This document shows positions 9,661-23,800 of a DNA stretch of 64,000 nucleotides, piece after piece. The DNA is from Nemertoderma westbladi (taxonomy: Eukaryota > Animalia > Xenacoelomorpha): the NCBI GenBank assembly GCA_032718475.1, contig JAUCBJ010008363.1, positions 1 to 64,000 of the forward strand, given 5' to 3'. The notes under the pieces are model-generated. The model was not told the DNA's origin. It saw only the letters and a list, made by a program, of their open reading frames with translations, and made no database searches. A program made the translations under genes and the position numbers. How positions within the stretch are numbered: the first letter of the stretch is position 1; each line of letters begins with the position of its first letter.

Positions 9661-10866
9661 TGTAAAAGCTTTTGTGAGATAACTGATTCATTTTGCCTTG
9701 CTAACCAGTTCCCCCCAGTCGCTGAAATACTCTAAGGAAGGATCTCTGGCTTGAGTGGTGCAGGCTACCTGTTGATTGGCTGATTTGCTCTTCCCTGGAG
9801 GAAGGTTGCCCCATAGCTCTGCTTTATGTATCTGCCAATAGGATTTGAGTTGGTTTTTGATTTTGACCTATCACAGATCTACTGAACTGAATTTTCCTAT
9901 CTGTATGCTCATTCTCTGTGGTGAATGGGATCCTTTGTGAAATAAGGGTAGCTGGTATTCTTATAGTTTTGCTTATTATTCTGTCACGTGTGTTGGTTTA
10001 TTCTAAGCCAGGAACAACGGCTATAGAATCAATTCTCTGTGATTTTATAAGAAACATTAGTAGTCTTAGATTATAGAGCATATAACTGTTATCGCATCAC
10101 AACGCATCTCACATCATATCAACTCATATTCAACATGCATCTTATCAGTGTTAATATCATATCTTAACCTACCGTCTTACTGCTTTTACTGTTTGTAATT
10201 ATTTGTGTCAGTTTGTTGGATGTTATTATTTGGAGAATATCAACAAATAACCCAAATTTCCCAATTTTCTTGATACACTATAGGTTAGAGAGACAGGCTA
10301 TATATAACAATTGCGATTTATATTATTGTGGTTTGTATTGAATGTAATGCTATTTGATAGCCACTACCCGAGTCAATTGCTATTCTCTTTATGTGTGATC
10401 AAAGTCAGTAACTGTCGGCAAACCAGTGAGCAGTATTGTGCGGTACCGGTAGTGTGTATGATTGTGACTGATAGTGATAACTAAGCATTTCCTAAAGAAT
10501 GCGTCTCATATGTGAATTCTAAGACATATCGTTGCATGTAGTATAAGTCATAGCTTTGTTTACATAGATAGAGCGCCACGTCCTAAAGGAACTGTTAATA
10601 TTTCCCGAAAGTGAATAATATTTGCCAGAGATTATATATTACTGATTAATCGAATAATACATGTAGGCTTCACTGCAATAAATCTAAGCATACGAATCCA
10701 GTCTCCCGGGTTAAACCATCGGGTGAATGAACGCGCACAGGCTGGCTTCGGCTAATGTTGTGTTTATTTTGCATTAAATCTTGTCATCTTATAAAATCAA
10801 TTTACCAACAAAAGACATATAAATTTTGGCAGGTTAAACTGCTAAAGGTCTCCAAAAGCTCGTACA
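9661..10866 (+). repeat. 3' LTR (~1.2 kb) of the BEL/Pao element
   Basis: Preceded by the purine-rich GGGAGCGG (9653-9660). Starts TGTA and ends TACA, with AATAAA at ~10677. It is followed immediately by satellite sequence starting mid-monomer (ACGACATCG...). Confidence 0.7.
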
Positions 10867-11190
10867 ACGACATCGATTTTCATATTCATGACTTCTAATC
10901 CACTCCAAGAGAGAGACAATCTTAAATGAAATTCAAAAGAGCAGGTAACACTTACATTTATAGAAGTAATCAGCTGTTCTTTGCTTCGTCTTTCCCCTGG
11001 AGATGGATGAATTTTGATTGCGTCGGAACACCCCCTTTTTGAGGCTCTCAGAGTGAAGATATAAGTAGCCTATCTCCCTGTTAATATTGGTGTGTTCTAG
11101 AATATGTATTATAGTTTCATCGTATTGCCAGAGCGGCTGGAGCCGAAGTTAATATGTGATACAATAATTCACCTCAAATTTCTCAGCTAT

Positions 11191-11511
11191 TTAGCAAGTC
11201 GTAGGACTTGATTACTGTAAGAATTGCTCGTGGCTGGCTGACTGATTGATTGATTGATTGACTGACTGATCTACAGCCAAAACTACTCTAACGATTTTGA
11301 TGAAATTTTCACAGCGGCTAGATACCGCGATTCTAAGGTCCCTGGTATGTTCCGCTATTTCGTCCATGAGCCGTGGGCTCGAAAAATAGACATAAACGAA
11401 AAAACGCCATAGGCGCAATGGTAAAATAACACCAATGACAGCTTGTTGATGGAATTTACATTTCATTGATGACTTCCGACTTGCTTAACGGCGTCTTGAC
11501 GCCGTCTCTAG
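11191..11511 (+). mobile_element. Non-autonomous Helitron/Helentron-type element (HINE/DINE-1-like), ~320 bp
   Basis: Inserted in the T-run of CAGCTAT|TTCATG with no TSD. Subterminal inverted repeats AGCAAGTCG (11193) and CGACTTGCT (11478). 5' hairpin CAAGTC-GTAG-GACTTG, internal (GACT/GATT)n microsatellite, and 3' hairpin ACGGCGTC-TT-GACGCCGT followed by CTAG. Confidence 0.85.
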
Positions 11512-13328
11512 TTCATGAATATAATGAGTATTAAAGCCATGTCAAAATCCTTGGTGTTTTTCAGCAATAATTTATTAAAATCTCCTCTGATTTTCTACAA
11601 AAAACGACATCGATTTTCATATTCATGACTTCTAATCCACTCCAAGAGATAGACAATCTTAAATGGAAGTCAAAAGAGCAGGTAACACTTACATTTATAG
11701 AAGTAATCAGCTGTTCTTTGCTTCGTCTTTCCCCTGGAAATGGATGCATTTTGATTGTGTCAGAACACCCCCTTTTTGAGGCTCTCAGAGTGAAGAGATA
11801 AGTAGCATATCTCCCTGTTAATATTGTTGTGTTCTAGAATATTAATTATAGTTTCATCGTGTTGCCAAAGCGGCTGGAGCCAAAGATAATATGTAATGCA
11901 ATAATTCACCTCAAATATCTCAGCTAGTTCATAAATATAATGAGTATTAAATCCTTGTCAAAATCCTTGGTGTTTTTCAGCAATAATTTATTAAAATCTC
12001 CTCTGATTTTTTACAAAAAACGACATCGATTTTCATATTCATGACTTCTAACCCACTCCAAGAGATAGACAATCTTAAATGGAAGCCAAAAGAGCAGGTA
12101 ACACTTACATTTATAGAAGTAATCAGCTGTTCTTTGCTTCGTCTTTCACCTGGAGATGGATGAATTTGATTGCGTCGGAACACCCCCTTTTTGAGGCTCT
12201 CGGAGTGAAGATATAAGTAGCCTATCTCCCTGTTAATATTGTTGTGTTCTAGAATATTTAATATAGTTTCATCGTATTGCCAAAGCGGCTGGAGCCGAAG
12301 TTAATAATATGTGATACAATAATTCACCTCAAATTTCTCAGCTAGTTCATGAATATAATGAGTATTAAATCCTTGTCAAAATCCTTGGTGTTTCTCAGAA
12401 ATAATTTATTAAAATCTCCTCTGATTTTTTACAAAAAACGACATCGATTTTCATATTCATGACTTCTAACCCACTCCAAGAGATAGACAATCTTAAATGA
12501 AAGTCAAAAGAGCAGGTAACACTTACATTTATAGAAGTAATCAGCTGTTCGTTGCTTCGTCTTTCCCCTGGAGATGGATGAATTTTGATTGCGTCGGAAC
12601 ACCCCCTTTTTGAGGCTCTCAGAGTGAAGATATAAGTAGCCTATTTCCCTGTTAATATTGTTGTGTTCTAGAATATGTATTATAGTTTCATCGTATTGCC
12701 AAAGCGGCTGGAGCCGAACTTAATATGTGATACAATAATTCACCTCAAATTTCTCAGCTATTTCATGAATATAATGAGTATTAAAGCCATGTCAAAATCC
12801 TTGGTGTTTTTCAGCATTAATTTATTTAAATCTCCTCTAATTTTTTACAAAAAACGACATCGATTTTCATATTCATGACTTCTAACCCACTCCAAGAGAT
12901 AGACAATCTTAAATGAAAGTCAAAAGAGCAGGTAACACTTACATTTATAGAAGTAATCAGCTGTTCGTTGCTTCGTCTTTCCCCTGGAGATGGATGAATT
13001 TTGATTGCGTCGGAACACCCCCTTTTTGAGGCTCTCAGAGTGAAGATATAAGTAGCCTATTTCCCTGTTAATATTGTTGTGTTCTAGAATATGTATTATA
13101 GTTTCATCGTATTGCCAAAGCGGCTGGAGCCGAACTTAATATGTGATACAATAATTCACCTCAAATTTCTCAGCTATTTCATGAATATAATGAGTATTAA
13201 AGCCATGTCAAAATCCTTGGCGTTTTTCAGCAATAATTTATTAAAATCTCCTCTGATTTTTTACAAAAAACGACATCGATTTTCATATTCATGACTTCTA
13301 ACCCACTCCAAGAGATAGACAATCTTAA

Positions 13329-14871
13329 CCCTATTAGTACCGGGCTATAAAATGTTGTACAAATACCGGGGGGGGGGGGGTCATATTGACCTCTCCCTCT
13401 AAAATCTACAAATATTAACGAAAACGTCTGATTTTTTGTTTGTACGTAGGTATCACTAGTCTGGATCCGACCGAAAAAAATTTTCGAAAAAATGTACTGG
13501 GGTGGTTATATTGTGGCACCAAAATTACAAGTAGTGCACAATTTTCACAAAATTTGAAAGTTATATTTTCGGCTAATTATTTTTCGATACAGGTTTTCTG
13601 GGGTGCAAAATACATTGGAAAATATTTAAAAATAATATGATTACAATAAATTGCTGTTTAGTCCTCTCTGCGTAGGAAAAAAATGAAAAAAACAAGTAAC
13701 CAGCACTTTTCAGTTAGAACACAAAATTTTTAATTCACTTATACGATGCTATAAATTCACATTTTCAGGTTTTCGAGGGCGCTGATTCTAATGGAATACA
13801 TTTCTATTATGCCAGATCATTGCTACTTGTATTTTTTGGCGTAATTTGGCAAATTTTGGTGCTAGCACCAAATTTCGTACCCATCACCAAAAAGTACAAG
13901 TTTGCGATGTCCAGTGCTGTTTTTATTGATTCCATCGGATTCAGGACCCTCATAAACCCGTATAACGCAAGAAACAAGGTGATACTATCTACTTATCAAT
14001 TTGCATATTTTCCAAAATTTGGTGCTGGCACAGCAATTTTCACCCACCGGCGAAAAATACAAGTTTGAGAACTCTTATGGAATTTTTACAGATTCCATTG
14101 AATTCAGAACCATCACAAACCCGTATAACGCAAGAAACAAGGTGACACAATCAATTGATATATTTGATGGTTTTCAAAATTTGGTGCTAGCACCACATTT
14201 TGCACCCACATCCAAAAAATACAAGTTTGAGATGTCTAGTTTGATAATTATATTTTCCATTGAATTCAGAACAGCCATAAACCTCTAAAACTCAAGAAAT
14301 AAATTGTCACAAGCAATTTTATCTATTGAATGGATTTTCAAAATTTCGTGCTAGCACCAAAATTTGCACACAGCACCGAAAAATACAAGTTTGATACACT
14401 TGGTGCAACTCGTATATATTTCATCGAATCCAGAACCCCAAAAAACCCCAATTGCGTAAAAAACAAGTTTCAAACAATCAATTTACAAAATTGACTTATT
14501 TCAAAATTTGGTGCTGGCACCAAAATTTGGCACCCACCGAAAAAAACAAGTTTGAAATTTCTAAATCAATTTATATGAATTCCATCCAATTTCAACACCA
14601 AAAAACCGTTGTAAATTAAAAATAGAGATGTTACAATTCATATTTAATGAAATGTAATTTTCAAAAAAAGTGCCAAAAGTAGGGTTAAAAAATGGTGCTA
14701 TAACTCGAAAAGTACCCAATATTTTTGAAAACGGTTTTCACTTCTAGGAAGACAATAGATTTTTAGGAAAAGTCACAAAATTTCAGATTCCCAACTGCGT
14801 TTGTTTCAGAATTATAATAAAAAAACCACGGGGGTGGTCATATTGACCCCCCCCCCCCGGGTTTAATAGGG
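13329..14871. mobile_element. Non-autonomous piggyBac-type DNA transposon (MITE-like, 1543 bp)
   Basis: TTAA duplicated at 13325-13328 and 14872-14875. Ends CCCTATTA...TAATAGGG, extending imperfectly to CCGGG. Subterminal G-run/GGTCATATTGACC/C-run motifs at both ends. No transposase ORF. A matching empty site is at ~26113-26125. Confidence 0.92.
13850..14660. repeat. ~163-bp internal tandem repeat (about 5 copies) with a palindromic core inside the piggyBac-type element
   Basis: AAAATTTGGTGCTAGCACCAAAATTT-like palindromes at ~13852, 14015, 14177, 14341 and 14503, each followed by AAATACAAGTTTG and ATTCCATTGAATTCAG-like motifs. Confidence 0.85.
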
Positions 14872-17800
14872 TTAAATAAAAGTCAAAAGAGCAGGTAACA
14901 CTTACATTTATAGAAGTAATCAGTTGTTCTTTGCTTCGTCTTTCCCCTGGAGATGGATGCATTTTGATTGTGTCAGAACACCCCCTTTTTGAGGCTCTCA
15001 GAGTGAAGAGATAAGTAGCATATCTCCCTGTTAATATTGTTGTGTTCTAGAATATTAATTATAGTTTCATCGTGTTGCCAGAGCGGCTGGAGCCGAAGTT
15101 AATATGTGATACAATAATTCACCTCAAATTTCTCAGCTATTTCATGAATACAATGAGTATTAAAGCCATGTCAAAATCCTAGGGGTTTTTCAGCAATAAT
15201 TTATCAAAATATCATCTGATTTTTTACAAAAAACGACATCGATTTCCATATTTATAACTTCTAACCCACTCCACGAGATAGAGAATCTTAAACGAAAGTC
15301 ATAAGAACAGGTAACACTTACATTTATAGAAGTAATCAGCTGTTATTTGCTTCGTCTTTCTCCAGAAGATGGATTAATTTTGATTGCGTCGGAACACCCC
15401 CTATCTGTGGCTCTCAGAGTGAAGATATAAGTAGCCTATCTCCCTGTTAATATTGTTGTGTTCTAGAATATTTATTATAGTTTCATCGTATTAAATATCT
15501 CAAATAGTTCATGAATATAATGAGTATAAAATCCTTGGTCTTTGGTGTTTTTCAGCAATAATTTATTAAAATCTCCTCTGATTTTTTACAAAAAACGACA
15601 TCGATTTTCATATTCATGACTTCTAATCCACTCCAAGAGATAGACAATCTTAAATGAAATTCAAAAGAGCAGGTAACACTTACATTTATAGAAGTAATCA
15701 GCTGTTCTTTGCTTCGTCTTTCCCCTATGGATGAATTTTGATTGCGTCGGAACACCCCCTTTTTGAGGCTCTCAGAGTGAAGATATAAGTAGCCTATCTC
15801 CCTGTTAATATTGTTGTGTTCTAGAATATGTATTATAGTTTCATCGTATTGCCAAAGCGGCTGGAGCCGAAGTTAATATGTGATACAATAATTCACCTCA
15901 AATTTCTCAGCTATTTCATGAATATAATGAGTATTAAAGCCATGTCAAAATCCTTGGTGTTTTTCAGCAATAATTTATTAAAATCTCCTCTGATTTTTTA
16001 CAAAAAACGACATCGATTTTCATATTCATGACTTCTAACCCACTCCAAGAGATAGACAATCTTAAATGGAAGTCAAAAGAGCAGGTAACACTTACATTTA
16101 TAGAAGTAATCAGCTGTTCTTTGCTTCGTCTTTCCCCTGGAAATGGATGCATTTTGATTGTGTCAGAACACCCCCTTTTTGAGGCTCTCAGAGTGAAGAG
16201 ATAAGTAGCATATCTCCCTGTTAATATTGTTGTGTTCTAGAATATTATAATTATAGTTTCATCGTGTTGTCAAAGCGGCTGGAGCCAAAGATAATATGTA
16301 ATGCAATAATTCACCTCAAATATCTCAGCTAGTTCATAAAAATAATGAGTATTAAATCCTTGTCAAAATCCTTGGTGTTTTTCAGCAATAATTTATTAAA
16401 ATCTCCTCTGATTTTTTACAAAAAACGACATCGATTTTCATATTCATGACTTCTAACCCACTCCAAGAGATAGACAATCTTAAATGAAAGTCAAAAGAGC
16501 AGGTAACACTTACATTTATAGAAGTAATCAGCTGTTCTTTGCTTCGTCTTTCACCTGGAGATGGATGAATTTGATTACGTCGGAACACCCCCTCTTTGAG
16601 GCTCTCGGAGTGAAGATATAAGTAGACTATCTCCCTGTTAATATTGTTGTGTTCTAGAATATTTAATATAGTTTCATCGTATTGCCAAAGCGACTGGAGC
16701 CGAAGTTAATATGTGATACAATAATTCACCTCAAATTTCTCAGCTAGTTCATGAATATAATGAGTATTAAATCCTTGTCAAAATCCTTGGTGTTTCTCAG
16801 AAATAATTTATTAAAATCTCCTCTGATTTTTTACAAAAAACGACATCGATTTTCATATTCATGACTTCTAACCCACTCCAAGAGATAGACAATCTTAAAT
16901 GAAAGTCAAAAGAGCAGGTAACACTTACATTTATAGAAGTAATCAGCTGTTCTTTGCTTCGTCTTTCCCCTGGAGATGGATGAATTTGATTGCGTCGGAA
17001 CACCCCCTTTTTGAGGCTCTCAGAGTGAAGATATAAGTAGCCTATCTCCCTGTTAATATTGTTGTGTTCTAGAATATTTAATATAGTTTCAACGTATTGC
17101 CAAAGCGGCTGGAGCCGAAGTTAATATGTGATACAATAATTCACCTCAAATTTCTCAGCTATTTCTTGAATATAATGAGTATTAAAGCTATGTCAAAATC
17201 CTTGGTGTTTTTCAGCATTAATTTATTAAAATCTCCTCCGATTTTTTACAAAAAACGACATCGATTTTAATATTTATAACTTCTAACCCACTCCACGAGA
17301 TAGAGAATCTTAAACGAAAGTCATAAGAACAGGTAACACTTACATTTATAGAAGTAATCAGCTGTTATTTGCTTCGTCTTTCTCCAGGAGATGGATTAAT
17401 TTTGATTGCGTCGGAACACCCCCTATCTGTGGCTCTCAGAGTGAAGATATAAGTAGCCTAACTCCCTGTTAATATTGTTGTGTTCTAGAATATTTTTTAT
17501 AGTTTCATCGTATTAAATATCTCAAATAGTTCATGAATATAATGAGTATAAAATCCTTGGTCCTTGGTGTTTTTCAGCAATAATTTATTAAAATCTCCTC
17601 TGATTTTTTACAAAAAACGACATCGATTTTCATATTCATGACTTCTAACCCACTCCAAGAGATAGACAATCTTAAATGAAATTCAAAAGAGCAGGTAACA
17701 CTTACATTTATAGAAGTAATCAGCTGTTCTTTGCTTCGTCTTTCCCCTATGGATGAATTTTGATTGCGTCGGAACACCCCCTTTTTGAGGCTCTCAGAGT

Positions 17801-20800
17801 GAAGATATAAGTAGCCTATCTCCCTGTTAATATTGTTGTGTTCTAGAATATGTATTATAGTTTCATCGTATTGCCAAAGCGGCTGGAGCCGAAGTTAATA
17901 TGTGATACAATAATTCACCTCAAATTTCTCAGCTATTTCATGAATATAATGAGTATTAAAGCCATGTCAAAATCCTTGGTGTTTTTCAGCAATAATTTAT
18001 TAAAATCTCCTCTGATTTTTTACAAAAAACGACATCGATTTTCATATTCATGACTTCTAACCCACTCCAAGAGATAGACAATCTTAAATGGAAGTCAAAA
18101 GAGCAGGTAACACTTACATTTATAGAAGTAATCAGCTGTTCTTTGCTTCGTCTTTCCCCTGGAAATGGATGCATTTTGATTGTGTCAGAACACCCCCTTT
18201 TTGAGGCTCTCAGAGTGAAGAGATAAGTAGCATATCTCCCTGTTAATATTGTTGTGTTCTAGAATATTATAATTATAGTTTCATCGTGTTGTCAAAGCGG
18301 CTGGAGCCAAAGATAATATGTAATGCAATAATTCACCTCAAATATCTCAGCTAGTTCATAAAAATAATGAGTATTAAATCCTTGTCAAAATCCTTGGTGT
18401 TTTTCAGCAATAATTTATTAAAATCTCCTCTGATTTTTTACAAAAAACGACATCGATTTTCATATTCATGACTTCTAACCCACTCCAAGAGATAGACAAT
18501 CTTAAATGAAAGTCAAAAGAGCAGGTAACACTTACATTTATAGAAGTAATCAGCTGTTCTTTGCTTCGTCTTTCACCTGGAGATGGATGAATTTGATTAC
18601 GTCGGAACACCCCCTCTTTGAGGCTCTCGGAGTGAAGATATAAGTAGACTATCTCCCTGTTAATATTGTTGTGTTCTAGAATATTTAATATAGTTTCATC
18701 GTATTGCCAAAGCGACTGGAGCCGAAGTTAATATGTGATACAATAATTCACCTCAAATTTCTCAGCTAGTTCATGAATATAATGAGTATTAAATCCTTGT
18801 CAAAATCCTTGGTGTTTCTCAGAAATAATTTATTAAAATCTCCTCTGATTTTTTACAAAAAACGACATCGATTTTCATATTCATGACTTCTAACCCACTC
18901 CAAGAGATAGACAATCTTAAATGAAAGTCAAAAGAGCAGGTAACACTTACATTTATAGAAGTAATCAGCTGTTCTTTGCTTCGTCTTTCCCCTGGAGATG
19001 GATGAATTTGATTGCGTCGGAACACCCCCTTTTTGAGGCTCTCAGAGTGAAGATATAAGTAGCCTATCTCCCTGTTAATATTGTTGTGTTCTAGAATATT
19101 TAATATAGTTTCAACGTATTGCCAAAGCGGCTGGAGCCGAAGTTAATATGTGATACAATAATTCACCTCAAATTTCTCAGCTATTTCTTGAATATAATGA
19201 GTATTAAAGCTATGTCAAAATCCTTGGTGTTTTTCAGCATTAATTTATTAAAATCTCCTCCGATTTTTTACAAAAAACGACATCGATTTTAATATTTATA
19301 ACTTCTAACCCACTCCACGAGATAGAGAATCTTAAACGAAAGTCATAAGAACAGGTAACACTTACATTTATAGAAGTAATCAGCTGTTATTTGCTTCGTC
19401 TTTCTCCAGGAGATGGATTAATTTTGATTGCGTCGGAACACCCCCTATCTGTGGCTCTCAGAGTGAAGATATAAGTAGCCTAACTCCCTGTTAATATTGT
19501 TGTGTTCTAGAATATTTTTTATAGTTTCATCGTATTAAATATCTCAAATAGTTCATGAATATAATGAGTATAAAATCCTTGGTCCTTGGTGTTTTTCAGC
19601 AATAATTTATTAAAATCTCCTCTGATTTTTTACAAAAAACGACATCGATTTTCATATTCATGACTTCTAACCCACTCCAAGAGATAGACAATCTTAAATG
19701 AAATTCAAAAGAGCAGGTAACACTTATACATTTATAGAAGTAATCAGCTGTTCTTTGCTTCGTCTTTCCCCTGGAGATGGATGAATTTTGATTGCGTCGG
19801 AACACCCCCTTTTTGAGGCTCTCAGAGTGAAGATATAAGTAGCCTATCTCCCTGTTAATATTGTTGTGTTCTAGAATATGTATTATAGTTTCATCGTATT
19901 GCCAAAGCGGCTGGAGCCGAAGTTAATATGTGATACAATAATTCACCTCAAATTTCTCAGCTATTTCATGAATATAATGAGTATTAAAGCCATGTCAAAA
20001 TCCTTGGTGTTTTTCAGCATTAATTTATTAAAATCTCCTCTGATTTTTTACAAAAAACGACATCGATTTTCATATTCATGACTTCTAACCCACTCCAAGA
20101 GATAGACAATCTTAAATGGAAGTCAAAAGAGCAGGTAACACTTACATTTATAGAAGTAATCAGCTGTTCTTTGCTTCGTCTTTCCCCTGGAGATGGATGA
20201 ATTTTGATCGCGTCGGAACACCCCCTTTTTGAGGCTATCAGAGTGAAGATATAAGTAGCCTATCTCCCTGTTAATATTGTTGTGTTCTAGAATATGTATT
20301 ATAGTTTCATCGTATTACCATAGCGGCTGGAGCCGAACTTAATATGTGATACAATAATTCACCTCAAATTTCTCAGCTATTTCATGAATATAATGAGTAT
20401 TAAAGCCATGTCAAAATCCTTGGTGTTTTTCAGCAATAATTTATTAAAATCTCCTCTGATTTTTTACAAAAAACGACATCGATTTTCATATTCATGACTT
20501 CTAACCAACTCCAAGAGATAGACAATCTTAAATGGAAGTCAAAAGAGCAGGTAACACTTACATTTATAGAAGTAATCAGCTGTTCTTTGCTTCGTCTTTC
20601 CCCTGGAAATGGATGCATTTTGATTGTGTCAGAACACCCCCTTTTTGAGGCTCTCAGAGTGAAGAGATAAGTAGCATATCTCCCTGTTAATATTGTTGTG
20701 TTCTAGAATATTAATTATAGTTTCATCGTGTTGCCAAAGCGGCTGGAGCCAAAGATAATATGTAATGCAATAATTCACCTCAAATATCTCAGCTAGTTCA

Positions 20801-23800
20801 TAAATATAATGAGTATTATATCCTTGTCAAAATCCTTGGTGTTTTTCAGCAATAATTTATTAAAATCTCCTCTGATTTTTTACAAAAAACGACATCGATT
20901 TTCATATTCATGACTTCTAACCCACTCCAAGAGATAGACAATCTTAAATGAAAGTCAAAAGAGCAAGTAACACTTACATTTATAGAAGTAATCAGCTGTT
21001 CTTTGCTTCGTCTTTCACCTGGAGATGGATGAATTTGATTGCGTCGGAACACCCCCTTTTTGAGGCTCTCGGAGTGAAGATATAAGTAGCCTATCTCCCT
21101 GTTAATATTGTTGTGTTCTAGAATATTTAATATAGTTTCATCGTATTGCCAAAGCGACTGGAGCCGAAGTTAATATGTGATACAATAATTCACCTCAAAT
21201 TTCTCAGCTAGTTCATGAATATAATGAGTATTAAATCCTTGTCAAAATCCTTGGTGTTTCTCAGAAATAATTTATTAAAATCTCCTCTGATTTTTTACAA
21301 AAAACGACATCGATTTTCATATTCATGACTTCTAACCCACTCCAAGAGATAGACAATCTTAAATGAAAGTCAAAAGAGCAGGTAACACTTACATTTATAG
21401 AAGTAATCAGCTGTTCTTTGCTTCGTCTTTCCCCTGGAGATGGATGAATTTGATTGCGTCGGAACACCCCCTTTTTGAGGCTCTCAGAGTGAAGATATAA
21501 GTAGCCTATCTCCCTGTTAATATTGTTGTGTTCTAGAATATTTAATATAGTTTCAACGTATTGCCAAAGCGGCTGGAGCCGAAGTTAATATGTGATACAA
21601 TAATTCACCTCAAATTTCTCAGCTATTTCTTGAATATAATGAGTATTAAAGCTATGTCAAAATCCTTGGTGTTTTTCAGCATTAATTTATTAAAATCTCC
21701 TCCGATTTTTTACAAAAAACGACATCGATTTTAATATTTATAACTTCTAACCCACTCCACGAGATAGAGAATCTTAAACGAAAGTCATAAGAACAGGTAA
21801 CACTTACATTTATAGAAGTAATCAGCTGTTATTTGCTTCGTCTTTCTCCAGGAGATGGATTAATTTTGATTGCGTCGGAACACCCCCTATCTGTGGCTCT
21901 CAGAGTGAAGATATAAGTAGCCTAACTCCCTGTTAATATTGTTGTGTTCTAGAATATTTTTTATAGTTTCATCGTATTAAATATCTCAAATAGTTCATGA
22001 ATATAATGAGTATAAAATCCTTGGTCCTTGGTGTTTTTCAGCAATAATTTATTAAAATCTCCTCTGATTTTTTACAAAAAACGACATCGATTTTCATATT
22101 CATGACTTCTAACCCACTCCAAGAGATAGACAATCTTAAATGAAATTCAAAAGAGCAGGTAACACTTATACATTTATAGAAGTAATCAGCTGTTCTTTGC
22201 TTCGTCTTTCCCCTGGAGATGGATGAATTTTGATTGCGTCGGAACACCCCCTTTTTGAGGCTCTCAGAGTGAAGATATAAGTAGCCTATCTCCCTGTTAA
22301 TATTGTTGTGTTCTAGAATATGTATTATAGTTTCATCGTATTGCCAAAGCGGCTGGAGCCGAAGTTAATATGTGATACAATAATTCACCTCAAATTTCTC
22401 AGCTATTTCATGAATATAATGAGTATTAAAGCCATGTCAAAATCCTTGGTGTTTTTCAGCATTAATTTATTAAAATCTCCTCTGATTTTTTACAAAAAAC
22501 GACATCGATTTTCATATTCATGACTTCTAACCCACTCCAAGAGATAGACAATCTTAAATGGAAGTCAAAAGAGCAGGTAACACTTACATTTATAGAAGTA
22601 ATCAGCTGTTCTTTGCTTCGTCTTTCCCCTGGAGATGGATGAATTTTGATCGCGTCGGAACACCCCCTTTTTGAGGCTATCAGAGTGAAGATATAAGTAG
22701 CCTATCTCCCTGTTAATATTGTTGTGTTCTAGAATATGTATTATAGTTTCATCGTATTACCATAGCGGCTGGAGCCGAACTTAATATGTGATACAATAAT
22801 TCACCTCAAATTTCTCAGCTATTTCATGAATATAATGAGTATTAAAGCCATGTCAAAATCCTTGGTGTTTTTCAGCAATAATTTATTAAAATCTCCTCTG
22901 ATTTTTTACAAAAAACGACATCGATTTTCATATTCATGACTTCTAACCAACTCCAAGAGATAGACAATCTTAAATGGAAGTCAAAAGAGCAGGTAACACT
23001 TACATTTATAGAAGTAATCAGCTGTTCTTTGCTTCGTCTTTCCCCTGGAAATGGATGCATTTTGATTGTGTCAGAACACCCCCTTTTTGAGGCTCTCAGA
23101 GTGAAGAGATAAGTAGCATATCTCCCTGTTAATATTGTTGTGTTCTAGAATATTAATTATAGTTTCATCGTGTTGCCAAAGCGGCTGGAGCCAAAGATAA
23201 TATGTAATGCAATAATTCACCTCAAATATCTCAGCTAGTTCATAAATATAATGAGTATTATATCCTTGTCAAAATCCTTGGTGTTTTTCAGCAATAATTT
23301 ATTAAAATCTCCTCTGATTTTTTACAAAAAACGACATCGATTTTCATATTCATAACTTCTAACCCACTCCAAGAGATAGACAATCTTAAATGAAAGTCAA
23401 AAGAGCAAGTAACACTTACATTTATAGAAGTAATCAGCTGTTCTTTGCTTCGTCTTTCTCCTGGAGATGGATGAATTTGATTGCGTCGGAACACCCCCTT
23501 TTTGAGGCTCTCGGAGTGAAGATATAAGTAGCCTATCTCCCTGTTAATATTGTTGTGTTCTAGAATATTTAATATAGTTTCATCGTATTGCCAAAGCGGC
23601 TGGAGCCGAAGTTAATATGTGATACAATAATTCACCTCAAATTTCTCAGCTAGTTCATGAATATAATGAGTATTAAATCCTTGTCAAAATCTTTGGTGTT
23701 TCTCAGAAATAATTTATTAAAATCTCCTCTGATTTTTTACAAAAAACGACATCGATTTTCATATTCATGACTTCTAACCCACTCCAAGAGATAGACAATC

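Larger units (their letters stand above)
3624..10866 (+). mobile_element. BEL/Pao LTR retrotransposon, 3' portion
   Basis: Domain order RT - RNase H - integrase, then ~3 kb of extra sequence, a purine-rich tract and a TGTA...TACA LTR that abuts the satellite. Confidence 0.85.
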
